Source: an uncultured bacterium (GTDB taxonomy: Bacteria > Verrucomicrobiota > Verrucomicrobiia > Limisphaerales > UBA8199). From it: DNA of 64,000 nucleotides. The translations under genes were made by a program, and so were the position numbers. Each line of letters starts with the position of its first letter. Position 1 is the first letter of the stretch. The stretch covers positions 768,001 through 832,000 of the forward strand of contig CAVVMW010000006.1 of the NCBI GenBank assembly GCA_963749495.1. Direction: 5' to 3'. This document shows positions 1-10,623 of this stretch, in pieces. Under the pieces are notes generated by a model. That model had not been told where the DNA came from. It ran no database searches and saw nothing but the letters and a program-made list of their open reading frames with translations.

Positions 1-315
1 AACCCCGGCGCCCGAAAGCGGGCAGTGAGCCGCAGGCGCAGATTCCGGCGGGCCACGACCTAAAAGTGATGGAGAAGGTCGCCAGGCAGTTGGAATGGGC
101 CATTGCGCGTGACAAATCGAAACTCCGTCTGTGCCGCGAAATGATCCGCAAGGCCAAGAATGTGCGGTGATACATTTCGAACGGCTTCCAGCAAGCCCGG
201 CCGGTTCATTCCGCCCAGGGCTCAGTGGGGTCGAACCTTCTTGGCGCGCAGCGCCCGACGTGCGCCATGGCGATCAAGCAAGCTCGGGCATGCAAAAACA
301 AAGAAAACACATACT

Positions 316-900
316 ATGAAACCCAAACGAAAAGCACGACAGACTGACCAGCCAATCCAACAATCCCCCACGGCAGGCCCTTCAGCCTCTGCCTCACCGA
401 CCGACTCAGCACCTGACATCGCCCAAGAGGCGTCGCAGACCGATGTGACAAGTTCGAACACCGGGAGCAAAGGGACCACAACACAATGCTGGGCATATTT
501 CAGCGTTGCGGCGGACATGCACTACTGTGGACTTTCCTGTGATGACGATCCCCAAGATGTAGGGAGCGTGTTCCCGGTTTCGTTGAAACACAGTTATGAT
601 ATCGGGGCGCAGGTGGACGACGACAGGGGCGACATCACAATCATGGTACCGAGTCGGATCTCGTTTCGGATGAAGAAGGCCGATGCTGATCGGGCGACCC
701 CTGCCGCCCTTAAACGCAAGCTCAAACGCGAACTCCGCCACTTTTATGCGAAACGGGAGGATCTGCCGCGCCATGGGGAGGGGCGACACATTGAGATCTT
801 TGGGTGTCTATTGGCGAAGCCTAAAGGCCGTATAATGCGCGAAGCCGATCAAGTGTACGATGAACGCGTAGCCTGCCATCGCACCGATCAACCGGACTAG
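316..900 (+). CDS. hypothetical protein
   Basis: ATG at 316 within ORF 160..900 after an A-rich leader; low-complexity N-terminus then a globular-looking region. Confidence 0.5.
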   Translation: MKPKRKARQTDQPIQQSPTAGPSASASPTDSAPDIAQEASQTDVTSSNTGSKGTTTQCWAYFSVAADMHYCGLSCDDDPQDVGSVFPVSLKHSYDIGAQVDDDRGDITIMVPSRISFRMKKADADRATPAALKRKLKRELRHFYAKREDLPRHGEGRHIEIFGCLLAKPKGRIMREADQVYDERVACHRTDQPD

Positions 901-1168
901 GAGGCACCGCGGCGAGACCTAATTCACAATTACACCTCCGACCAGCGGAAAGTCTAATTGTATAAATTGCCAGAAGCCCTGAATCCTCAACAGGTTCAGG
1001 GCTTTCTTCTTGCCTCCACGTTTCCTCCTATCCGCCTCTTGCCTCGTCCTCACCGCAACACGCTCTCCTTCAATTCAGCAACGCACCAGTCCCTCTTGTC
1101 CGAACTCACCGATTCACCAGCGGCCTTGCTCTTCGTCCCAAGTTGAATCTTAAAGATAACGAAAGGGC

Positions 1169-1197
1169 TTGACACATTTCGCAGACTTTGATAGGCT
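1169..1197 (+). promoter_or_regulatory. sigma70-type promoter for the replication module
   Basis: TTGACA-17 nt-TAGGCT with extended -10 TG, upstream of 1435. Confidence 0.55.
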
Positions 1198-1434
1198 TAC
1201 TTATAGATTCAAAAACGGAAGAATCCTGCCGCGAGCCAACCTCAAATCCGGCAGCGGGGCACAAACTCTAACGCCCCAAACAGTACACCCCAAGATCAAA
1301 AAGCGTGTCAGGACCGGCCAGTTCGTATTTCTGGCCAGCTCCTAAACAGCCAAGCGTGTGATCTGCTTGCGAGAAGCCGGATGCGATAGTTCTGGCAAGT
1401 TAGAAAGATCAACCCCACAAGGGTTTAGACAAAG

Positions 1435-2291
1435 ATGAAGGATAATTCAAAAGATATTGTAATTGGCGAAGAGCCAATCCTCCAATTCGGCTGCCGTTTC
1501 GACGATGTGGACGAACTCACCAAAACCTACCTCATAGCGCAAGGCGGTGAGGAAGAAGTCAATCAGTCCCCCCTCAGCCCAGACGAAAAGGCGCTGCTGG
1601 CTGAATACGAGAAGGAGATCGATGACGGCTTGGAGGGCTTTCTCCTGGTCGGCCAGCGGTTGTCCGAGATCAAGGCAAAGCAGCTTTTCCGGGCCACCCA
1701 TCGCTCCTTTGACCAATACTGCCTCGACAGGTTCGGGTTCGGGAGAATCTACGCGAAACGGGTCATCAATGCCAGCAAATGCGTCGAAAACCTCAAAACC
1801 GTGCCAATTGGCACGCTTTGTACCCCGGTCAACGAGGCGCAGGCCAGAACTATAAGCAATCTGAGCCCCAGGACCAGGTCAAGGTTGCAAAACGCACGAA
1901 AAAGAACATCGGGGATCGTGAGCCGACAACAAAGGACTTCGAGGACGCCAAGAATGAGGTGATCGCCGCTAAAGGCACCAAGACCACCAAGGCCAAGGCT
2001 GCCGAGGTACACGCGGCAGAGCCCTCAAATGTCGTACCGGTGCCTGAACCACCTGCTGGCCCACCCGTCATCCGGTCCTTCATGTCACCGGCGGAGTTCC
2101 ACAAAGGCGTCCCACTTCCATCCCTCAAGGAGCTGACCGACGCAGCCATCACGCTGAGCAACGTCAATTGGGACCCGGCAAAGAAGCCGGAACGGGAGAA
2201 ACTGTTGCTTAAACTCACGAAGTGGCTGCCTTTGTACGCGGCCTGGGAGGAAGCAACTCTCGGCGCAGATCAACACGAGGAGGCCGCATGA
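1435..2291 (+). CDS. DUF3102-like phage/plasmid DNA-binding protein (frameshift near 1867)
   Basis: EIDDGLEGFLLVGQRLSEIK..THRSFDQYCLDRFGFGR pattern; ORFs 1435..1962 and 1779..2291 join by adding one C in a C run (LSP-QDQVKV). Confidence 0.6.
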
Positions 2292-2404
2292 TGAGAATCC
2301 CAACACAGGCCATCTCCCCAGCATTCACTTCGGGCAACACAGCAATCCCATCAACCAACACGACTGGAGCGGGAACGCCCAGTCATAACCAGAAAGCACA
2401 TATT

Positions 2405-2842
2405 ATGATTACAGCACAAGTTCCACGAGAGGTCAGTTTCGAGCTGCCAGAAGGGCGGTATCGAGCCTGCATCTCCAACCTTAAACCATTCGTCAAGCAA
2501 AACGGCCAGGGCGCGCAGGATTGGCTTCGCGTTTTGTTCGAGGTTCACGTACCCGGCCTGTCAGAAAGGGTCAACACGATGGCAGGGAGGAGCTTCAAGC
2601 TGGACCTCAACCCCGGCAGTGAACTGAGAAATTGGTTGACCGGGCTCTTGGGCAAGCAGTACTTCACCCAACACTCAGGGCAACAGGTCAACCTCGACTC
2701 TCTGCTCGAAAGGGAGTGCGAGGTGGACTTGGAGCACTTTCACGGCAAAGGCTACGACAAACCTCTCGTGGTCGTCGCGAAGCTTCACCCACCGACCTCC
2801 AAAGGGCCTGACATTCAAAGGGTCGAGGAGGGTAAAGACTAA
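2405..2842 (+). CDS. putative ssDNA-binding (DUF669-like OB-fold) protein
   Basis: LPEGRYRACI...LRVLFEV...NLDSLLERECEVDLEH pattern typical of phage SSB-like proteins; lies in a replication operon. Confidence 0.5.
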   Translation: MITAQVPREVSFELPEGRYRACISNLKPFVKQNGQGAQDWLRVLFEVHVPGLSERVNTMAGRSFKLDLNPGSELRNWLTGLLGKQYFTQHSGQQVNLDSLLERECEVDLEHFHGKGYDKPLVVVAKLHPPTSKGPDIQRVEEGKD

Positions 2843-2961
2843 TCGAGGACCTTCAACCTGGGCGCCGCAACCCATAGGCGTCCAGGTTGAAAGCCAATCG
2901 GTTGAAGACAATGAGGGAGCCGGTCTCCTGAAGGCTGGCGCTCTCCAACCAAAGGCTCTCA

Positions 2962-3345
2962 ATGAACAATATCAACAATACAATTGCACGATCCGAATCG
3001 AAGCAAACGCGCCCAATCACCAGTATGCTGCTCAAGTTGGGGAAGACCCTGCCGAAGGACCCCAAGAACTCCCAATGGATGGACGTGGAGGAGATCTGCG
3101 CTATCTGTAAGGAACGTGGAATTCAACTCAATGGCGCCTTCCCCATCCCGAAGGATCTGGAACCCGCCCTGAGAGACCTGTTCGAGAATACGGACGAGAT
3201 CTGCACGGACGGCATCAACATCACCGGATTTCTCAAGAGGGTGAAATGGGACCTGGTATTCGTGCTGCGGTTCTTTCCAGATGTCCACCCCGGCAATATC
3301 GAAACCGTTGCCGTGAAGGAAAAGGAGAAAGTGCAGGCAGAGTGA
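2962..3345 (+). CDS. hypothetical protein
   Basis: 127-aa ATG ORF co-oriented with neighbours. Confidence 0.6.
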   Translation: MNNINNTIARSESKQTRPITSMLLKLGKTLPKDPKNSQWMDVEEICAICKERGIQLNGAFPIPKDLEPALRDLFENTDEICTDGINITGFLKRVKWDLVFVLRFFPDVHPGNIETVAVKEKEKVQAE

Positions 3346-3692
3346 ATTCCATAGTGCTGGTGGAGGCGGTTGTGCCAGGTCCACCAGCCGCAGACTCTTC
3401 CACGTCGAGAAAATACTTATTACAACAACTCGATTTGTCTTGCATGTTAGTGTGAGTTTGTTAAGATTGAATTATACAGTTGTAGTTGCTTCAAAGTCCT
3501 GCGCAAATCCAAAGGAGGCTTCAAAGGGACCACGCTGAGACGGACAGTTACATTATACGCGATATGACAGGCAAACCAGTTTTTAGGCCGGCGGCTTTCT
3601 TCCCGTTCCTCTTGGGGTTTTGTCCACCTCAATTGTCATATCGCGGCGGGTTGAAAAGCCGCTTGCCTTTTTTAGTTTGAACGAGTGAGATT

Positions 3693-4724
3693 ATGAAAAC
3701 CAGTAATAACGTTAACATTTTAAGGCAGGAGTGCCCCTTGCCCAACCTCATGCAACTGGTGGGCCTGGGACAATACGCGAAATCCAGGTGCGCCTCCCCA
3801 TTTAGCCGTGATCAAGAGGCGCTGTGGTGCATGTTTCAATACCAGGGACGTTGGATGTACAAGGACTTTGGAACTGGGGAGCTTGGCGACGAGATTGGAT
3901 TGCTCGCCAGGATACACAAGCTGGATCCACACAAGGACTTCAAAGCCGTTCTGAAGATCTACCAGGACATCGTTGAACCCAAAAACAAGGGCAAAGGCAA
4001 AACCAAGGCGTCTAAGTCCAAGGTGGCTGTATGCTCAACGGCACCAGCCCAAAAGACTAAACCATATATTCCTGAATTCGGAAGTGGCACGTATGAGCAG
4101 ATTGAAAAGCTCTCCCAACTGAAGGGAATATCCGTTGATGGCCTCTTATTCGCTCAGGAACGGGGTGTCCTGGTGTTTGGTGCGCCGTGGGGTTTCGAGG
4201 TGTATGCTGTCCGAGATCGAGGCGGGCGGTTGGTTGAGGCTCGGTGCTTGGATGGCCGCAACTTTGGTGCTTCTGGAGGTCTGCCGGTGAGGGCAAGCCA
4301 GGTCTTGGATGGCAGCCAGATGGATTGGCCGCTGGGGATAATGGAGGGCCGGAACTGCGAGTGCCTGGCTCTGGTTGCCGGTTCGATTGAGTTCCTCACG
4401 TTGCATCAGTACGTGGTGAACGAAAACGCACAGGGCAGGGTTGCTCCGATAGCCATGTTGTCCTCTGCGCATCCAATGACTCCGGAGGCCTTGCAGCATT
4501 TCAAGGGTAAACACGTTCGGATTTACGCAGCCGTTGACAAGGCAGGTATCGAGGCGAGGGACAGATGGGGTAGGCAATTGCAGAGCGCCGGAGCCAGCAA
4601 AGTCGATTTGTTCAACTTCAATGCCTTCAAATCACCCGAGGGCCGTGCTGTGAAGGATTTGTGCGAGTTCAACCGGCTGAAGTTAGGGTGTAGTGATTTT
4701 GTAGAAAGGACCATTTTGCCATGA
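3693..4724 (+). CDS. primase-like protein (CHC2-like N-domain + TOPRIM), catalytic residues degenerate
   Basis: Full-length paralogue of 4721..5734; VAGSIEF in place of VEGIPDF and YAAVDKAG in place of FPHADEAG. Confidence 0.75.
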   Translation: MKTSNNVNILRQECPLPNLMQLVGLGQYAKSRCASPFSRDQEALWCMFQYQGRWMYKDFGTGELGDEIGLLARIHKLDPHKDFKAVLKIYQDIVEPKNKGKGKTKASKSKVAVCSTAPAQKTKPYIPEFGSGTYEQIEKLSQLKGISVDGLLFAQERGVLVFGAPWGFEVYAVRDRGGRLVEARCLDGRNFGASGGLPVRASQVLDGSQMDWPLGIMEGRNCECLALVAGSIEFLTLHQYVVNENAQGRVAPIAMLSSAHPMTPEALQHFKGKHVRIYAAVDKAGIEARDRWGRQLQSAGASKVDLFNFNAFKSPEGRAVKDLCEFNRLKLGCSDFVERTILP

Positions 4725-5734
4725 AGATCGACGTTGCGGTGCTCAAGGAGAAGTGTCCACTGCCTGACCTCTTGCGTCGGATTGGACTCGGGAAGTTCGC
4801 CAAATCGAGCTGCCCTTCTCCATTCAGGTCAGATTCCAAGCCGTCATGGGGTATCTTTCAGCGCGATGGCCACTGGTATTTCAAGGACTTCGCCACCGAT
4901 GAAAGAGGAGATGAAATCAGCGTGTTGGCCCGTCATCTGAACCTCGACGAGAGGAAGGACTTCAAAGCCATAGTCGAGCAATACCGGGAGATTGCCAGCC
5001 AGGACTCGACGTTACCAGCCGCTCTGCCCAATTATGTAAAACCACCTCAAGCCAGCGAAACGGAGGCCCAGAGACCCGATTGCGGCCTCTTTTCCCCTGG
5101 TACGACGGAGCAGTTGACGGCATTGTCAGCATCGAGGGGCATTTCCATGGAGGGGTTGCAGTGGGCGCAGGATCGACAGGTTCTGGTATTTGGGCGTTGG
5201 CATGGCGGTGAGGTCTATGGGGTCAAGGATGGTCCCGGGCGCGTGATGGAGATTCGTAAGCTGGACGGCAGCATGTTCGAGGCTGTTGGCGCGCTGGCGG
5301 AGCGGAAGAGTCACGCGGTCAAGGGAAGCCAGAAGAAGTGGCCGGTCGGAATCCAGGAGGCCGCAGAATGTCCAATGATCGTTTTGGTGGAGGGTATCCC
5401 GGATTTCCTGGCAGCGCATCAGGTCGTAATCGAGGAAGGCCGCCAGGGGTGTGTGGCTCCCGTCGGCATGTTGTGCGCCAGTGTGTCCATCGCCGAGCAA
5501 GCACTGCCAATGTTCAAGGGCAAGCACGTGAGATTGTTCCCACATGCGGATGAGGCAGGCGTCAAAGCTGCCAAGAAGTGGTCCGAGCAACTGAAGGCGG
5601 CGGGCGTGGCGAAGATGGACTTTTTTGATTTTGCGCGGGTAAAAGTTGCTCCAGGAGAGCGCGTAAAGGACTTGTGCGATTTGATTGGATGGCGAAAAGG
5701 CCATCCTGAGTATGAAAGCAAGTTAGTAGCATGA
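4721..5734 (+). CDS. DnaG-like TOPRIM primase
   Basis: SPFRSD..PSW..KDFATDERGDEI N-domain, VLVEGIPDFL, FPHADEAG, VKDLCD; ATGA overlap with upstream gene. Confidence 0.8.
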   Translation: MKIDVAVLKEKCPLPDLLRRIGLGKFAKSSCPSPFRSDSKPSWGIFQRDGHWYFKDFATDERGDEISVLARHLNLDERKDFKAIVEQYREIASQDSTLPAALPNYVKPPQASETEAQRPDCGLFSPGTTEQLTALSASRGISMEGLQWAQDRQVLVFGRWHGGEVYGVKDGPGRVMEIRKLDGSMFEAVGALAERKSHAVKGSQKKWPVGIQEAAECPMIVLVEGIPDFLAAHQVVIEEGRQGCVAPVGMLCASVSIAEQALPMFKGKHVRLFPHADEAGVKAAKKWSEQLKAAGVAKMDFFDFARVKVAPGERVKDLCDLIGWRKGHPEYESKLVA

Positions 5735-7473
5735 GTGAGATTGTAAAGAAATGTGAGGAACTCCTTACAATGGAGTCTGGGTCAGTAGCGGTACAGCCAG
5801 AGGCGAAGCCTGTTGCTGGGTCCAATCTGCCCAAGGTGTATTTGCCAGCGGACGGCAGGAATATGTCCGATTTTGCATCCCAGGTCGGCAGGATCATGGG
5901 GCCCAAGAAAACCTGGTTCTTGAAGGGCGATCTGGTCGTTGAGGTTCGAGAGATCCAAATGACCAAGGAAGTGCGCAGCAATGGGTTTCATCCTTTGATC
6001 CCGGCTGAAGTGATTACGGCGATCGAGGATCATCTCTTGACTGGTCGTGATTCCAAGGATGCTGAGGACGGGGTGGTGTTCGTGAGAAGGAGCATGAGCC
6101 GTGAAACTGCTACGGCCCTGCTCGCGTCGCCCCAATTCAAGCGTGAGCTGCCCAGAATAGACAGAATCCTGGATGTGCCGGTGCCCTACATGCAGGATCG
6201 CCAATTGCTCTTTGCCAGCACAGGGTATGATGACAGGCTGAACACCTTCTGTCCGGCCGTCAACCTGGGAATCACCCCTTTGGGCCTTGAGAAGTCGAAG
6301 GAATGGCTGGCCGAGCTGTTCCATGATTTCTGCTTCGCCAACAGGGATTCAGCCATCGTGGCCATTGCGCGCCTCATTACGCCGATGTGCCGTGGTTTGA
6401 TGGGTTGGACTTCCCGCCCGCCAGTCTTCATCTTTGAGGGAAACCGACCCCGAGCAGGGAAGGACTATCTGGCCGGCTGCACGAGTGTTCTGTATGAGGG
6501 CCATGCGAATGAGGACGCCCCGCTTGATTCAGAACGTGAAGAGACAATTAAACGCATCGGCGCCGCCTTGTCCTCCGGCCGCAGGTTCATGCACTTCGCC
6601 AACTGCAAAGGCCATATCAATAACGCCGGCTTCGAGCAGGCTTCCACCGCCAAGGTCTTCAACTGTCGAAAGCTGGGGTCCAACGATAGTGGCGCCGACC
6701 TGAAACTGCCCAACGAGACCGAATTCAGCATCTCGGCCAACACGGGGTTCAGCTTTTCCGAGGACTTCAACCTCCGGTGCCGTAAAATCAGCCTCCATTA
6801 TTCAGATGAGGACGCCAACAGCCGCAGATTTGGTCATCCAGACCTCCACGGCTGGATTTTGGAGCATCGCCAGGAACTGCTCAACGCAATAGCCGGCCTG
6901 ATCCAGGTACTGGCACCAGAAGGGTTGTCCAGCAGGAGAGACAGCGTTCACGAGTTTTCCGGAATGGGCCAGGGTGGTAGGGGGTATCCTGATGACCTGT
7001 GGCCTGGGTGATCCTTGTGTACCCCAACTCGATGGCACCATGACCACCGACACGACAACCGCTGAAATGAAAAAGCTGTTCCAACTCGGCTTTCAGGAAA
7101 ATCCCAATGAATGGCTGACCAGAAACAACCTATATCAACTGGTCCGCGCACCCGATAGTGAGCCTGTTTGGGTGGCTGGATTTGAACGAACGCAGCGGCC
7201 AAACCAGCTTTGGGATGAGATTGCGGTCATTCATTGGACGCTCGCTTGGCGGCATCTACCTCCAGATGAACAACCATGATGCACGCCGCCCAAAGTATCG
7301 ATTCACCCAAGAACAGCCTCCCGCACAGGAAAACATGGCTGCCGCTGTGCTGGGAAACCCCCAGACCCCCTGCAACCAGGAAGACAAATGGTAACCGTTC
7401 ACGGGTTTCGACGCATCGCTTGAGCACATGATCTGAGCAGACCGTAGATTTTGCTGGCGTCACAGAGCGACCC

Positions 7474-8373
7474 TTGTTAGGGTGCGTGGCTGTGGACCAG
7501 GATTTAGTGATTAGGCGCCGGGTTATTCGGCAAGCCGACCTGCTGCTCATCCAACAGTTGATTGAGCAGGAGGGATCCCAGGGACGCAGCCATATTTCCA
7601 ATCGCCTCTGCGAGATTTGGAACTGGCGACAAGCCAGTGGGCGCTTTCGTCAGATTGCCTGTCGCAACCTGCTCCGTCGGCTGGAAGCGCGCGGGCTGAT
7701 CGAGTTGCCTCCCAAACTCCGTGAGGCTCGACGAGCAGGTTATCGCAATCGAACCTCGACACCCGATCTCCTGGATTGCAGGCCGTTGACGGGCAGGCTG
7801 CGAGAGTTCCAAAACCAGATTGGCATTCAGTTAGTCCAGGAATCCAACCAGTTGGCCCTCTACCGTGGACTGGTCGGAACGTATCACTACCTGGGCTATC
7901 AACAGGCCACTGGAGCGCAACTCAGATATATTGCTTACTTCCAGGACCGGCCGATTGCCTGCCTGAGCTTTGGTCCGGCCGCCTGGAAGATCGGGGCCCG
8001 CGATCAGTTCATTGGTTGGTCGGCGCAAGCCCGGCAGCAAAACCTTCGGTGGGTGGTCAACAATGACCGCTTCGTGATTCTTCCCTGGGTTCAAATCAAG
8101 TGCCTGGCTTCGCATCTATTGGGCCGGACCGTGCGCCAGCTTCCGGGCGATTGGTCAAGGGTTTACGGTCATGATCTGGCTCTGGTCGAAACGTTTGTGG
8201 AAAAGCGGCGCTTTGCCGGGACAGCCTACGCGGCGGCCAGTTGGATTTGCGTGGGGCAAACCCTGGGACGAGGCCGCAATGATCGGACTCACGACCAGGC
8301 CGCCCCCATCAAAACGATCTGGCTGCGCCCGTTGCGAGAGGATTTCCGGTCCTTCCTCTGCCAGGAACAATAG
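7474..8373 (+). CDS. DUF4338 (DruA-like domain) protein, IS passenger
   Basis: LCEIWNWR..ACRNLL, YHYLGY, RDQFIGW, NNDRFVILPWV..LASHLL, ETFVE..FAGTAYAAASW..GQT.GRGR; true start may be GTG 7492. Confidence 0.85.
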   Translation: MLGCVAVDQDLVIRRRVIRQADLLLIQQLIEQEGSQGRSHISNRLCEIWNWRQASGRFRQIACRNLLRRLEARGLIELPPKLREARRAGYRNRTSTPDLLDCRPLTGRLREFQNQIGIQLVQESNQLALYRGLVGTYHYLGYQQATGAQLRYIAYFQDRPIACLSFGPAAWKIGARDQFIGWSAQARQQNLRWVVNNDRFVILPWVQIKCLASHLLGRTVRQLPGDWSRVYGHDLALVETFVEKRRFAGTAYAAASWICVGQTLGRGRNDRTHDQAAPIKTIWLRPLREDFRSFLCQEQ

Positions 8374-8375
8374 CC

Positions 8376-9830
8376 ATGGGCTGGTTCATCGGAAAAAAAC
8401 GACTGCGCCAGTTGGAGGAGGAAAATGCCCAACTCCGCCAGGACAAGGCGCGCCTGGAGTCGCGGGTGGCCCAACTCCAAGCCGAAAACGCCCGGCTCAT
8501 GAATCAACTGGCCGCCGCCCGCAAGCATTCGGGGAACTCCTCCAAACCGCCCTCCAGCAACATCGTCAAACCCAATGGGCAGCGGCGCCAGAAAAAGTCC
8601 AAGCAACGCATCGGCGGGCAAAAGGGACATCCCCAACACCAGCGGCCCGCCTTTGCTCCCGATCAAGTCGATCAGCGGATCCCCTTCCGCCTCAAACAAT
8701 GTCCGGTCGATCCCTCCCACCGGATTAGCCCGGCGGAAGGGCCGGAGCACCAACGCACGATCCAACAGGTCGAGTTGGTGGAAAAACCGTTCCGAGTGGT
8801 CGAGTATACGGCTTACAGCATTTGGTGTCAGGACTGCGGCTGCTATCACCAGGCCCCTTTGCCCGGGCCCATCGTCCAGGCCGGACTGTTCGGCCCCCGC
8901 TTGACCGCCCTGGTCACTTATCTCAAGGGCCGGCTGCACGGTTCTTACAGTGGGATCCGGGATTTTCTGGGCGAGGTGGTCGGCGTGTCGGTCTCGCGGG
9001 GCTATCTGGCCAAACTCTGCCACAAGGCCACTCAGGCCTTCGCCGCACCCTACGGCCAGCTACTGGCCTTGTTACCGCGGCAGAGCCACCTCAACTGCGA
9101 TGAAACCGGACACAAAGACAACGGACACCGGTTCTGGACCTGGTGCTTCCGCGCGAGCCAGTTTGTCGTCTTCAAAATCGAGGCCTCGCGCGGCGCTGAG
9201 GTTCTCGAGCGCCTGCTGGGCCAAGAGTTCCAGGGCATTCTGGGCTGCGACTATTATGCCGCCTACCGCAAATACGCCCGCCAATGCTCGGTCCTGGTCC
9301 AGTTCTGTATGGCGCACTTGATCCGGGACGTCAAATTCCTGTGCGAATTCCCCGAGCCCGGCGTCCAACGCTATGGCAAAGGGTTGTTGGCGGGCCTCAA
9401 GGCCCTGTTCTGGACGCTGCACCGCAGGGACCAACTGAGTGCCCGCGCCTTCGAGTCGGAGCTGGCCGCCGCCCACGACCAAATCTGGCGCGCCGCCCTG
9501 TCGGGTTCGGGCGGCCCCTTTCACCGGTTGATATGGAACATGGCCGAGCGATTTTACCGCCATGGTGAAGCCTACTTTCAATTCATCACCACCCCGGGCA
9601 TCGAACCCACCAACAATGTGTCGGAACAGGCCATGCGCTTTGTGGTGATGGATCGGCACATGACCCAAGGCACCCGTAGCGCCCGAGGGCGGCAGTTTTG
9701 TGAGCGACTCTGGACCGTGCTGGCTACCTGCTCGCTACAGCATCGCTCCCCCTTTGATTGGATTTGTCAGGCCCTGAGCGCTTGGTTCAAAGGACAGCCG
9801 GTTCCTTCCCTATTAGCCGATTCCTCCTGA
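8376..9830 (+). CDS. tnpC: IS66-family transposase
   Basis: Coiled-coil N-terminus, NSSKPPSS, GGQKGH, CDETG, GCDYYAAY, QFCMAHLIRD, EPTNNVSEQAMR. Confidence 0.95.
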   Translation: MGWFIGKKRLRQLEEENAQLRQDKARLESRVAQLQAENARLMNQLAAARKHSGNSSKPPSSNIVKPNGQRRQKKSKQRIGGQKGHPQHQRPAFAPDQVDQRIPFRLKQCPVDPSHRISPAEGPEHQRTIQQVELVEKPFRVVEYTAYSIWCQDCGCYHQAPLPGPIVQAGLFGPRLTALVTYLKGRLHGSYSGIRDFLGEVVGVSVSRGYLAKLCHKATQAFAAPYGQLLALLPRQSHLNCDETGHKDNGHRFWTWCFRASQFVVFKIEASRGAEVLERLLGQEFQGILGCDYYAAYRKYARQCSVLVQFCMAHLIRDVKFLCEFPEPGVQRYGKGLLAGLKALFWTLHRRDQLSARAFESELAAAHDQIWRAALSGSGGPFHRLIWNMAERFYRHGEAYFQFITTPGIEPTNNVSEQAMRFVVMDRHMTQGTRSARGRQFCERLWTVLATCSLQHRSPFDWICQALSAWFKGQPVPSLLADSS

Positions 9831-10623
9831 CTGACGACTTGAGGTGTGAACGGTTACGACAAATGTCAAGGGTGTCAACCACGTCTACCTCTACAAGCGC
9901 TAAGCGTTTTTTCAAAAGATCAATGCGTAAGCGTAATACGTGGCAGGGGGGCAGAGGTTGCGAGCGTTGACATGGATGCCAAGCTGGATGAGCAAAAGGC
10001 TGTTTCCCTGGTTGCCGAGGAGGCGAACGGCAATCTCAGGTACGACGAGACTGGTTGCCCAATGCTCCCCGACAGCCTGAGAGCGACTCAAGCCCCGGTA
10101 CAGCCAAGCCCTTTGCCGGTTCTGGACTTCCGTACGCACCTGGAAAGGGTGATGCACTCGCTGAATCCCCTTAGATACCCACCCGTCGAGCAACCCATTT
10201 CGTGGATGGCCTCCCGCTATTCCGGCGGTATCGATCTAATGACTCATGATTTTCGAGGGAGAGGCGGATCTCACTCAGGTTCGGCCATAATGCCATCCCT
10301 TGTGGGTGGGGGCCCCTTACCTCACACTGCCTCTCCCTCGACAATCAACCCAACGTCCGCATGAAAGCACTCGATGATCCCCCGATTCAGCACATCGACT
10401 CAAGCACAGTTCGAGGTGACACGGTATGGACGATAAACCCACCGCCGGTGACCATTCCTGACGTTCCTGATGGGCCTGAACGAATAGGCGACGATGGGGC
10501 TGATGCATTACCCCATCCGCCGCCGATGTCCTCTGTGGTTTGAGATCCCCTCTGGCTTTGAGGTTGTCCCCACACTTCGTGTCTGGACGGCCTCGGAGCC
10601 TTGGGTGGATGGACCAACGGAGG

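Larger units (their letters stand above)
7391..9857 (+). mobile_element. IS66-family element with DUF4338 passenger
   Basis: Perfect 12-bp TIR GTAACCGTTCAC / GTGAACGGTTAC; 8-bp TSD GACAAATG at 7383-7390 and 9858-9865. Confidence 0.95.
5731..10364 (+). pseudogene. primase-associated P-loop NTPase/helicase-like gene interrupted by IS66
   Basis: Walker A-like PRAGKDYL; frameshifts near 6912 and 7155; removing IS and one TSD joins ..CNQEDK to CQGCQPRLPLQ.. (ORF 9846..10364) in frame. Confidence 0.7.

Noticed and set aside
7474..8373. Druantia defence system
   Set aside because: DUF4338 lies inside IS TIRs and no DruE helicase or other dru genes are present.
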